Virus record (IMG/VR): IMGVR_UViG_3300045988_115849
Reading direction: 5' to 3' (one strand)
DNA from: a virus
Length of the DNA: 64,000 bases
Every line of letters begins with the position of its first letter. Within the stretch, counting starts at the first letter, position 1. The position numbers and the translations under genes are program-made. This document shows positions 25,829 to 33,183 of this stretch, one piece after another. Below the pieces are notes generated by a model, which had not been told where the DNA came from, made no database searches, and was given only the letters and a program-made list of their open reading frames with translations.

Positions 25829-26095
25829 ATGAATCTCAAATTACGTTTCAAAAATAAAGCAACATTAGTAGCATTGGCTTCTGCCTTAATCGCATTTATC
25901 TATCAGATTCTAGGCATCTTAGGTATCACAGCACCAATCGCACAGGATGCAGTATCACAGCTTGTAGGTATCATCCTTAATATCTTAGTGACTGTCGGGG
26001 TATTGGTGGACCCAACGACAAAGGGAATCGGGGATAGCGAGCTTGCAAAGAACAAGACGGATATTGCTGAGGTAATCGAATATAAGGAGGACTAA
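25829..26095 (+). CDS. Holin (phi LC3-type family)
   Basis: 88 aa. MNLKLRFKNKATLVALASALIAF..ILVTVGVLVDPTTKGIGDSE matches the phi LC3-family holin pattern. Directly precedes the endolysin. Confidence 0.8.
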   Translation: MNLKLRFKNKATLVALASALIAFIYQILGILGITAPIAQDAVSQLVGIILNILVTVGVLVDPTTKGIGDSELAKNKTDIAEVIEYKED

Positions 26096-26096
26096 T

Positions 26097-26852
26097 ATGG
26101 CAAATACGGTAGACAAGCTTCTTACAGTAGCTAAAAGAGAAGTCGGATACTTAGAGAAGAAAAGCAACAAGAATCTAAACAGCAAGACAAAAAACGCAGG
26201 TAGCAACAACTACACTAAGTATGGAGCATACTTTGGCATTAACGGTACCGATGCCTACTGGTGTGACATGTTCGTGGATTGGTGTATGGTGCAGGCATAC
26301 GGCAGGGATGTAGCAAAAAAACTCTTACATGGCTTTAGTGCATACACTCCAACATCAGCACAAAAATTTAAAGACAATGACCAGTGGCATAAAACACCGC
26401 GGATTGGAGACCAGATTTTCTTCAAGAACTCTCAGAGAATCTGCCACACTGGGATTGTGTATGCAGTAACTGATGAGATGGTGTTCACGATCGAGGGTAA
26501 CACAAGTAACGGAGAAGCAGTTATTCCAAACGGTGGTGCTGTATGCAAGAAATCCTACGCAAAGAGTAACAGCCGTATCGCAGGATATGGACGACCTAAA
26601 TATGATAACGTAAAAGTATCATACAGCATTGTAAAAAAGAACTCTTCTAAATCTGCGATCAAGTGGTTACAGAAAAAGCTGAACGCAAATTGTACATACG
26701 CAAACGAACATCCATTAGCTATTGATGGAATCTGGGGAGCAAAGACAACGCAAGCCTTGAAGAAATACTGGAAACAGTTAGGATGGAACACGTCTGGAAC
26801 ATATGCAGGAAAGAAAACTTGCACAGCTTTGAAAAAAAATCGAAAAAAGTAG
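26097..26852 (+). CDS. Endolysin: N-terminal CHAP/NlpC-P60-type peptidase plus C-terminal peptidoglycan-binding domain
   Basis: ..GYLEKKSN..YWCDMFVDWC..ICHTGIVYAV..EGNTS (Cys/His catalytic pattern). C-terminal ..IKWLQKKLN..LAIDGIWGAKTTQALKKYWKQLGW (PG_binding_1-like). Confidence 0.85.
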   Translation: MANTVDKLLTVAKREVGYLEKKSNKNLNSKTKNAGSNNYTKYGAYFGINGTDAYWCDMFVDWCMVQAYGRDVAKKLLHGFSAYTPTSAQKFKDNDQWHKTPRIGDQIFFKNSQRICHTGIVYAVTDEMVFTIEGNTSNGEAVIPNGGAVCKKSYAKSNSRIAGYGRPKYDNVKVSYSIVKKNSSKSAIKWLQKKLNANCTYANEHPLAIDGIWGAKTTQALKKYWKQLGWNTSGTYAGKKTCTALKKNRKK

Positions 26853-26881
26853 TTGCAATGTCGAAAATGATATGATATTAT
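26853..26881 (+). promoter_or_regulatory. SigmaA-type promoter reading into attP
   Basis: TTGCAA (26853-26858), 17-nt spacer, TATTAT (26876-26881), starting one base after the endolysin stop. Confidence 0.45.
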
Positions 26882-26969
26882 AAACAACGTTGAAGCGAGA
26901 ATGTTCCATTTTCGTTCCAACCAAAATTGAGAACAATAGAGTTTATGCGGTTTAACATAGATTTGATTC

Positions 26970-27016
26970 CTTGACTTTTAATCAAGTTGTCCGGGGTTCG
27001 AATCCCCGCACGCTCA
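26970..27016 (+). tRNA. Partial tRNA-Lys(UUU): anticodon arm to 3' acceptor strand only = probable attP core
   Basis: Anticodon stem CTTGA/TCAAG with loop CTTTTAA (anticodon TTT at 26977-26979). T-arm CGGGG-TTCGAAT-CCCCG. Acceptor 3' strand CACGCTC plus A. No D-arm and no matching 5' acceptor strand upstream. Confidence 0.7.
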
Positions 27017-27023
27017 CTAAAAA

Positions 27024-27065
27024 AGCACGGATGCCAGAAATGGCTTAAATCCGTGCTTTTCTTTT
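27024..27065 (+). terminator. Intrinsic terminator after the tRNA fragment
   Basis: Stem AGCACGGA (27024-27031) / TCCGTGCT (27050-27057) followed by TTTTCTTTT. Confidence 0.7.
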
Positions 27066-27203
27066 ATTTATGCGGTTTGCAGCGATTCCATCTATAAAAA
27101 ATATGGAACGCAAAAGTAACTGATTGTAACCGATTGTAACTGGTTGTATTTGTTCCATCGGTGTTCCAATGTTCCATTTGCGTTCCATGATTTCAAAAAA
27201 ATA

Positions 27204-28382
27204 TTAAGATACCATCTCACTACCTTGTTCCATTTTTTGTTCCATGCTTTGTTCCACTTTTTGTTCCAACGATAAGGCGTTATTGACAGCAGCAACACTA
27301 TCTTCTTTTTCAAGCATGATGTGGCTATAAACTTCTGCAACAACCTTTTCAGAGTCACCGACAAGCTCTGCAACTCTTTTAAAGCTGATAAGCGGAACTT
27401 GATAGCATAAGTTTGTACAGTAGTTGTGTCGGAAGATATGACTTGTTAGATCGACAATAGGAGCTTCACTGACTTCTTGCAGCGCTTTTAAAATTCTGCC
27501 CCACATTCTGCGATATCCACTCTTTGACATAGGTTTATAGTTTTGGTTGATAAATAAGTATTCCCTTTTTTCTTCTCTGAGTAGTTTGACATAATCTGCG
27601 ATCACGTCAAATACATTTGCAGGAATTGGAAGAACTCGTTCTCCATTTTCGATGTTTTTAACTGATTTTCGTTTTGGGATATTGTCTGAAATGTCGTGAG
27701 ATTTAAGTATTGATACCGTGTGGAATCGTAAGTCTATATCTGATTCTGTTAACGCCAGAGCTTCACCACAGCGTAATCCACAGCCATAAATGAGGTAAGT
27801 GTATACCATGTCCATCTGATACTTGTAGGATGCCTTAAAAACGGCGTTACGTTCGCTATGGGTCAATGGGCGTTTTTCTTTTGCTTTGTATTTTATCTTT
27901 TCTAATTTGTTAAATATGTCCTGATAACCTTGTGCCGGATAGATGTGATCACACACTGCGGATTCCATTACTTGACGGAAGGTCATAACAATCTGTTGTT
28001 GGGTCCTTAATTTGCCATCAGCATTGTTTAAAATCAATTGTAAATGGCTACGTTGTATATCTTGTAGCTTAACGTCTGTTAGTGGCTTAAAATGAACGTT
28101 AATAACATTGTCGTACATTTTAAGAGTATTGTTTGCCCTGTTGGACTTATATAAATTTTTCCATTGTTCACAGTATGCCATAAAAGACATATCTGTATTC
28201 ATAACAGCTTTTCGTTGATCACGGAGCTGTTCAAATTCTTTTACTTTTTTCTCTAAGTCACGGCTGCTTTGACGTGATCTTAAATGTTTATAATGTTTTT
28301 TGCCATTATCTTTGTATGTTCCATCCCATACATTTGTTGAATAGTAACCATCGGTGTCTTTTTTGTATTTTGCTTTAGCCAT
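27204..28382 (-). CDS. int: Tyrosine integrase
   Basis: Start MAKAKYKKD.. at 28382 after SD AAGGAG. C-terminal catalytic region ..GLRCGEALAL..HIFRHNYCT..VAEVYSHI (R..H-x-x-R..Y pattern). The C-terminal tail (EQKVEQSMEQKMEQ) is encoded by the GTTCCA repeats. Confidence 0.9.
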   Translation of the reverse strand: MAKAKYKKDTDGYYSTNVWDGTYKDNGKKHYKHLRSRQSSRDLEKKVKEFEQLRDQRKAVMNTDMSFMAYCEQWKNLYKSNRANNTLKMYDNVINVHFKPLTDVKLQDIQRSHLQLILNNADGKLRTQQQIVMTFRQVMESAVCDHIYPAQGYQDIFNKLEKIKYKAKEKRPLTHSERNAVFKASYKYQMDMVYTYLIYGCGLRCGEALALTESDIDLRFHTVSILKSHDISDNIPKRKSVKNIENGERVLPIPANVFDVIADYVKLLREEKREYLFINQNYKPMSKSGYRRMWGRILKALQEVSEAPIVDLTSHIFRHNYCTNLCYQVPLISFKRVAELVGDSEKVVAEVYSHIMLEKEDSVAAVNNALSLEQKVEQSMEQKMEQGSEMVS

Positions 28383-28484
28383 TGTATCACTCCTTAATTC
28401 TAAAAAATAGGTATAAAAATAACAGCTACGCAATTCCTAAAATTGGAATTTGCATAAAACGCAAAATGGTTAAAATTTTACGAC

Positions 28485-28513
28485 TTGCATAGCTGACTTG
28501 ATAATGATACAAT
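28485..28513 (+). promoter_or_regulatory. SigmaA-type promoter of the candidate sRNA
   Basis: TTGCAT (28485-28490), 17-nt spacer, TACAAT (28508-28513). Lies on the + strand between two minus-strand genes. Confidence 0.45.
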
Positions 28514-28519
28514 AAGTAT

Positions 28520-28592
28520 GGCTGTACAAAAGTATCAAAATCAAGACTTTTGGGAGATCGCACGCTTTGGCTGAGCTGTGCGGTCTTTTTTT
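28520..28592 (+). ncRNA. Candidate small RNA of about 73 nt (orphan promoter plus terminator)
   Basis: The promoter above is followed by a terminator: stem GATCGCAC (28556-28563) / GTGCGGTC (28578-28585), then seven T. The T-G pair is a wobble only on the + strand. No ORF. Ends are predicted, not mapped. Confidence 0.35.
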
Positions 28593-28594
28593 GT

Positions 28595-29278
28595 TTATTT
28601 TATTGTAACTTTGTATTTAGCTAATCTATAAAAGCTAATATTTCCGTTTTTGTATTGCACAGCTTCAACATAATGAGTTCCAGATTTTATCTGATTACCG
28701 GTAACCATAAGAGAAGCTTGAGCACCATAATTTACGTATGTTTCGTCTACCTTTTTACCGTCAATGTAAATTTTTACAGGAGTTTCTTCTGTCAAGTCAG
28801 TTATATAGTAATCAACATATCCAAAAGGAGTACCTTTATTAATTAACAAGACTGGGATTTTACCGTTTTCAGATGTTCCAGATGCTAAGTAAATATAAAA
28901 ATTACCAGTTCCGAAATCTCCTTGATTTTTTAAATATGGACTTCTGTTGGTTGAATTAACGTTGTTTTTTCGACTAACTTTAACTTTACATTTATATTTT
29001 TTCTTTCCAATCTTAGCTGTGATAGTCGCACTTCCTGCTTTCTTAGCAACAACTTTTCCATTCTTAGATACTGTTGCTACAGATTTTTTGCTACTAGACC
29101 ATTTAGGCTTTTTCTTTGTTCCTTTTACCTTTAATGTTTTAGACTGTCCAACAGTCAGTGTGATTTTTGAGTTGGAAATTTTAATCTTTGACTTTGCGTT
29201 AACTGATTCTAAATTTCCAAAAACACCAAGTGTGACAGCAAGTAAAAACACAGTTAATAATTTGCAGGCTTTTTTCAT
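28595..29278 (-). CDS. Secreted protein with a Big_2 (bacterial Ig-like) domain; lysogeny-module cargo
   Basis: Start MKKACKLLTVFLLAVTLGVFG..VNA (signal peptide) at 29278 after SD AGGAGGGG. ..KITLTVGQSKTLKVKG..WSSSKKSVATVSKNGKVVAKKAGSATITAKIGKKKYKCKVKV matches the Big_2 pattern. Confidence 0.75.
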   Translation of the reverse strand: MKKACKLLTVFLLAVTLGVFGNLESVNAKSKIKISNSKITLTVGQSKTLKVKGTKKKPKWSSSKKSVATVSKNGKVVAKKAGSATITAKIGKKKYKCKVKVSRKNNVNSTNRSPYLKNQGDFGTGNFYIYLASGTSENGKIPVLLINKGTPFGYVDYYITDLTEETPVKIYIDGKKVDETYVNYGAQASLMVTGNQIKSGTHYVEAVQYKNGNISFYRLAKYKVTIK

Positions 29279-29328
29279 AATACCCCTCCTTTTTACGGTG
29301 TATAACAAACAAATGACAAATAAAAAAA

Positions 29329-29760
29329 TTAAAGTCTCTTGAAGCTGACTAATCTTTCACCATATCCGGTTAATGACGATAGCTGTTCGAGAGTGTATCC
29401 CGGATGTTCGATAATCGTTTCATCTGGTATCAAAAGCTCCGCTGCAAAAGTATGAGCTTCAATTTCAACCTTGTTGCTGTAGAATTGTTCGCCATAGGAG
29501 AAGAAATAATAATCTCCGTCATGCAGTACGCAATGAGCTAATTCATGAGCAACTACAGCTTCTCGCATTTTTTCATCATCAATCCTATCATTTAAGTATA
29601 TAAATTTCTTGTCGCATATCTTCATGTGACATCCAGATAGTTCTCCTAAATCTCCGATTTGGATAATAACACCTAAGCTGTCTGCAAGCTGATATGGATT
29701 TCTTGTTTCGTATTTTTTAACCAAATCATGTACTAAATTTTTGATTTGATTCGGTCTCAT
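29329..29760 (-). CDS. ImmA/IrrE-family zinc metallopeptidase
   Basis: 143 aa with HEXXH (AHELAHCVLH). Immediately downstream of the XRE repressor, as in ImmR/ImmA modules. Confidence 0.85.
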   Translation of the reverse strand: MRPNQIKNLVHDLVKKYETRNPYQLADSLGVIIQIGDLGELSGCHMKICDKKFIYLNDRIDDEKMREAVVAHELAHCVLHDGDYYFFSYGEQFYSNKVEIEAHTFAAELLIPDETIIEHPGYTLEQLSSLTGYGERLVSFKRL

Positions 29761-29775
29761 ACATAACCCTCCTGT

Positions 29776-30147
29776 TTATTTTCTCATCATAGCCATGGAA
29801 ATCTCAACCTGTTTAAGCAAAAGCTCTTTTGTGTTATCGTCAATCGGTTGCCCGTCATAACGTAACGGTTGCATCTTTCCACTTTCTAGCAATTCTTTTA
29901 GTTCCTCAAATTTTTCTTTGAGATCGTCCGTGTTATCTTTCTCTTTTTGTCCATCCTCCTTTCCTGTCATCAAGTACTCAACAGACACACCGAAGAAGTC
30001 AGCGAGCTTTTGTAATCTCTCGACTTTTGGAGTACTGTTTTTCCATTTTGAAATTGAACCATTAGAAAAACCTAGTTGTTTTTCAAGCTTTCCTTGTGAT
30101 AATCCTTGTGACTTCCTAAGGCTTTCAATTCGCTCATAAATAGTCAT
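29776..30147 (-). CDS. XRE-family HTH repressor (CI/ImmR-like)
   Basis: 123 aa. N-terminal ..RIESLRKSQGLSQGKLEKQLGFSNGSISKWKNS.. HTH. Divergent from the cro-like gene. Confidence 0.85.
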   Translation of the reverse strand: MTIYERIESLRKSQGLSQGKLEKQLGFSNGSISKWKNSTPKVERLQKLADFFGVSVEYLMTGKEDGQKEKDNTDDLKEKFEELKELLESGKMQPLRYDGQPIDDNTKELLLKQVEISMAMMRK

Positions 30148-30167
30148 AGAATCTCCTTTCTAAGAAA

Positions 30168-30218
30168 TTACAGAAACTTTTCTGTAAAAAACGCTTGACA
30201 AACTAGAAAGTTTTCTAT
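30168..30218. promoter_or_regulatory. Operator palindromes of the immunity switch
   Basis: TTACAGAAACTTTTCTGTAA (30168-30187, perfect palindrome) and TAGAAAGTTTTCTA (30204-30217, inside the rightward promoter spacer). Further ACAGAAA half-sites at about 30235, 30254 and 30267. Confidence 0.65.
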
Positions 30219-30223
30219 ATAGT
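30195..30223 (+). promoter_or_regulatory. Rightward early promoter (PR-like)
   Basis: TTGACA (30195-30200), 17 nt, TATAGT (30218-30223). Confidence 0.65.
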
Positions 30224-30300
30224 AAAAGCATAGCACAGAAAACTTTCAGTAAAACAGAAAGCGGTCACAGAAAAAAATCTATATTTTATGTGGTAATTTA

Positions 30301-30329
30301 ATATTAGAATATTTTCTGCAAAAAGTCAA
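30301..30329 (-). promoter_or_regulatory. Leftward promoter toward the repressor operon
   Basis: On the minus strand: TTGACT (plus-strand coordinates 30324-30329), 17 nt, TAATAT (30301-30306). Confidence 0.5.
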
Positions 30330-30377
30330 TGGAAATACTGAATATTTTCTAATAAATAAAGAAAGGAGAGTAAGAAA

Positions 30378-30572
30378 TTGTATATTTATGACAAAATTAA
30401 AAAGATTTGCAAAGAAAAAGGTCTGTCAGTTACCTATGTTGAGAAAAAAGCAGAACTTGGAAATGGGCTGATTTCTAAATGGAATGACAGTGTACCAAGC
30501 GTTGCAAATTTGAAAAAAGTAGCGAGCATCTTAGAGGTCACTGTTGATGAACTAATAGGAGATGAGGAGTAA
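30378..30572 (+). CDS. Cro-like XRE-family HTH protein
   Basis: 64 aa. TTG start after SD AAAGGAGAG. ..IKKICKEKGLSVTYVEKKAELGNGLISKWN.. HTH. Confidence 0.8.
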   Translation: MYIYDKIKKICKEKGLSVTYVEKKAELGNGLISKWNDSVPSVANLKKVASILEVTVDELIGDEE

Positions 30573-30605
30573 CGGTTGATTATTTCTTATCTTAAAGGAA
30601 GAATA

Positions 30606-30830
30606 ATGAAATATGCAAAAAAGGTTATGAGAAAATCAGAACTCTGTGAGATGGGATTTCCTGAGGAATTTTTAGATTCAGCATACAGAGAATCAAATCA
30701 GAGTTTTGCACAAAAGATAAATCCATATAAAAAGAACTCTCCGATCATATTCGATACAGAAGAATTTGATAAATGGAGATTAAGGAAACTAAGAGATGAA
30801 AATAAAGCAATCCGAAGAGATTACTTTTAG
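30606..30830 (+). CDS. Small DNA-binding-like protein, possible excisionase
   Basis: ATG at 30606 after SD AAAGGAAG. 74 aa, basic C-terminus. The layout loosely recalls Tn916 Xis-type proteins. Function is uncertain. Confidence 0.35.
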   Translation: MKYAKKVMRKSELCEMGFPEEFLDSAYRESNQSFAQKINPYKKNSPIIFDTEEFDKWRLRKLRDENKAIRRDYF

Positions 30831-30854
30831 AAATCTTAAGTTGGAGGTGATCAA

Positions 30855-31601
30855 TTGGAAAAGTTAGAACAAACAATCAGTAGTGTTGAAGTAGCTGAAA
30901 TGATTGGGAAAGATCATAACAAATTATTAAGAGATATACGAAGCTACATTGATCAATTTTCACTGTCCAAAATTGGACAGTCAGATTTTTTCACTGATTC
31001 TACATATAAAAATGGAAGAGGTAAAGAATATCCCTGTTACCAAGTAACTAAAAAGGGATGTGAATTTATTGCTCATAAACTGACAGGGATTAAAGGTACT
31101 GAGTTTACAGCAAAGTATATCAATAAATTCCACGAAATGGAACGGATTATTACAGAACACGTTCCTCATGGGAAAGAACTGTTAGCACTGGCGGTTTTAG
31201 AAGCACAAAAGACAATAGAAGATTTACAGGCAAGCAATACAGTCTTATTAGAAGATAATGAACGTATGAAGCCAAAAGAGATTTTCGCTGATGCAGTAAC
31301 ATCAAGCAGAACATCTATATTAATTGGTGATCTAGCTAAATTGTTGAAACAAAATGGCATTGATACTGGGCAGAATCGACTCTTTGAGTGGATGAGAAAC
31401 AATGGATACTTGATAAAAGCACAAGGAAGCAACAGAAATATGCCGACACAGAGAAGCATGGAGATGGGATTGTTCCAAGTGAAAGAGAGTACCAGAATTG
31501 ACGGTAACGGATGCAATGTGGTAGTGAAAACTCCGAAAGTTACTGGCAAAGGTCAAATGTATTTCTTAAATAAGTTCTTAGAAAAGAAACCGGAGGAATA
31601 G
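30855..31601 (+). CDS. Rha-family regulatory protein fused to a KilA-C/ANT antirepressor C-terminal domain
   Basis: TTG start after SD GGAGGTG. N-terminal ..ISSVEVAEMIGKDHNKLLRDIRSY..YQVTKKGCEFIAHKLTG (Rha-like). C-terminal ..ILIGDLAKLLKQNGIDTGQNRLFEWMRNNGYL..VTGKGQMYF (ANT/KilA-C-like). Confidence 0.8.
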   Translation: MEKLEQTISSVEVAEMIGKDHNKLLRDIRSYIDQFSLSKIGQSDFFTDSTYKNGRGKEYPCYQVTKKGCEFIAHKLTGIKGTEFTAKYINKFHEMERIITEHVPHGKELLALAVLEAQKTIEDLQASNTVLLEDNERMKPKEIFADAVTSSRTSILIGDLAKLLKQNGIDTGQNRLFEWMRNNGYLIKAQGSNRNMPTQRSMEMGLFQVKESTRIDGNGCNVVVKTPKVTGKGQMYFLNKFLEKKPEE

Positions 31602-31602
31602 C

Positions 31603-32271
31603 ATGGAAGTTTTTGAAAGTCCGTTTGGAACAGAACTTAGGGCAGAGAAGCAGGATGGAGAATGGTTCTTTTGCTTACAAGATATTGGATATGGCATTGG
31701 AGTTATAAACTCCGGACAGATTAATAGCAGATTAAATCAGTCTGGCGTTAGAAAAATCAGTGCCAAAGACAGAAAAGGAACAATGCATAAATTATTGTTC
31801 GTAAATGAGTTCAATATGATGAAAGCAATCTTGAAAACCAAAGATAAAGATCATGATGATTTTTATTTTTGGATCGTGAGAGAAGTTCTTCCAGTATTGA
31901 AAAATGAAGATCAAGTTAAATTGCCAGACAATATTGAACAAAAGATAAAGCTTTTAGCACAGGGAGATGTGTTGTTAAGTGAGAGAGTCGGAAAGATTGA
32001 GACAAAGGTTGAAATTTTAGAAGACGAACTGCCACTCTTTGCATATGACATAGAAGAAATTCAGGAACATGCAGCAAGACACATCAAACAACTTCTTGGA
32101 GAAAAATATAAAGATAACAGCCTGAGGGCCAAAACATACATAAATCTTTATAAGAAGATCGAGGAAGAATTTAATGTTTACTGCTATAAAGGGTTAGCAA
32201 GAAAAAAATTGGCAGATGTTCACGAGTTTATAGATTGTTATAAAGGTGTGGAATATGAAGAAAGAAAATGA
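31603..32271 (+). CDS. BRO-N domain protein (antirepressor family)
   Basis: ..FGTELRAEKQDGEWFFCLQDIGYGIG..LLFVNEFNMMKAILKTK..FYFWIVREVLPVLK matches the BRO N-terminal domain pattern. Confidence 0.7.
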   Translation: MEVFESPFGTELRAEKQDGEWFFCLQDIGYGIGVINSGQINSRLNQSGVRKISAKDRKGTMHKLLFVNEFNMMKAILKTKDKDHDDFYFWIVREVLPVLKNEDQVKLPDNIEQKIKLLAQGDVLLSERVGKIETKVEILEDELPLFAYDIEEIQEHAARHIKQLLGEKYKDNSLRAKTYINLYKKIEEEFNVYCYKGLARKKLADVHEFIDCYKGVEYEERK

Positions 32272-32416
32272 AGCAGAAATCACATGGGATGAAATTTTGA
32301 AAAGGCACGCGGAATATATGAATAGCAAGAATAAGTTGGAAAAGATAATGTTCGTAACAATACTTATAAGATTCATAATATTTTGCCGGAAAAAGATAAA
32401 AGAGGTGAAACGATGA
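32255..32416 (+). CDS. Possible 53-aa protein with a hydrophobic C-terminal segment (below the ORF-track cutoff)
   Basis: ATG at 32255 after GGTGTGG. MKKENEAEITWDEILKRHAEYMNSKNKLEKIMFVTILIRFIIFCRKKIKEVKR. Its TGA overlaps the next ATG (ATGA). Confidence 0.3.
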   Translation: MKKENEAEITWDEILKRHAEYMNSKNKLEKIMFVTILIRFIIFCRKKIKEVKR

Positions 32417-32571
32417 AATTCAAAATGGCGTGCATAGTAATTGGAACATTATATATGTTTGGTACGGTTGGCAGTTTTGTTGATGGGGAATCGTTAAGCC
32501 TTCCTGTTGCATGTTTGCTTGGAGTGGCGGGTGCAATGTTACTGTTTGCCGGAATAAGAAAGGATAAATGA
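32413..32571 (+). CDS. Small two-TM membrane protein
   Basis: ATG at 32413 after SD AGAGGTG. 52 aa (MKFKMACIVIGTLYMFGTVGSF..ACLLGVAGAMLLFAGIRKDK). Confidence 0.45.
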   Translation: MKFKMACIVIGTLYMFGTVGSFVDGESLSLPVACLLGVAGAMLLFAGIRKDK

Positions 32572-32574
32572 AGG

Positions 32575-33183
32575 ATGAAAAATGATAAAAATTTTGTGAA
32601 CCTGAAAGGCACATTAGAAAAAGTGGATTATAGCCACCAATCAGGCGGAAGGATGTACTACAAAACGTACATTGATACGAGAAGAAAAAGCGGAACTGTT
32701 GACAGAGTTCCAGTTATTGTTTCAGAAGACCGTATGAACAATGCGGTAAGACAGGGAGCATACGTTGAAATTACCGGTGTATTTGCTTCAAGAAACAGAC
32801 CAGATGAAAATTCAGAAAAAAAACATTTGGATTTATTTGTAAATGCCAATGTTGTTGAAGAGGTAGAAGAGACAGAAGATTTAAACAAACTAGTTGTTGA
32901 AGGAACAGTTTGTAAGCCAACAGTAGGAAGGGTAACACCAGCAGGAAGAAAAGTTGCAGATATGTTTATCGCAGTAAACAGAAATAAGAGTTCTTATTAT
33001 TTCCCTTGCATCTTATGGGGAGATACTGCTGAGATTGCAAAAAAACTTGAAGTTGGAGAAAAAGTAAAACTTATCGGCAGGATTCAGAGTAGAAAGTATA
33101 CAAAAAAGATTTCTAAGAATGAATCAATTGAAAAAGAAGCTTACGAAATTTCTAGCAGTTGCTTAGAGGTAGTCAAATGTTGA
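32575..33183 (+). CDS. Putative ssDNA-binding protein with two OB-fold-like halves
   Basis: 202 aa. Two similar halves, each ending in ..V.(I/L).G....R... (YVEITGVFASRNR; KVKLIGRIQSRKY). Function inferred, not verified. Confidence 0.45.
   Translation: MKNDKNFVNLKGTLEKVDYSHQSGGRMYYKTYIDTRRKSGTVDRVPVIVSEDRMNNAVRQGAYVEITGVFASRNRPDENSEKKHLDLFVNANVVEEVEETEDLNKLVVEGTVCKPTVGRVTPAGRKVADMFIAVNRNKSSYYFPCILWGDTAEIAKKLEVGEKVKLIGRIQSRKYTKKISKNESIEKEAYEISSSCLEVVKC

Larger units (their letters stand above)
26903..27268. repeat. GTTCCA arm-type repeats flanking the att core (11 copies)
   Basis: GTTCCA starts at 26903, 26914, 27152, 27163, 27171, 27182, 27227, 27239, 27251 and 27263. One inverted copy (TGGAAC) at 27104-27109. 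Three (A/G)TTGTAAC-like direct repeats lie at 27122-27147. Confidence 0.7.

Noticed and set aside
26939-27016. A complete tRNA-Lys gene
   Set aside because: Only the anticodon arm, T-arm and 3' acceptor strand are present. The upstream 30 nt give at most 5 of 7 acceptor pairs and no D-arm (no AGCTCAG-type sequence). It was called a 3' fragment/attP core instead.
27092-27373. 93-aa minus-strand ORF with WNKKWNKAWNKKWNK repeats
   Set aside because: The translation is produced by the GTTCCA arm-type DNA repeats and overlaps the integrase 3' end in another frame. No SD is present.
28947-29342. 131-aa plus-strand ORF antisense to the Big_2 gene (also 28655-28846)
   Set aside because: It lies fully inside a well-supported minus-strand CDS that has a signal peptide and a domain match. 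The translation is hydrophobic and low-complexity, with no SD.
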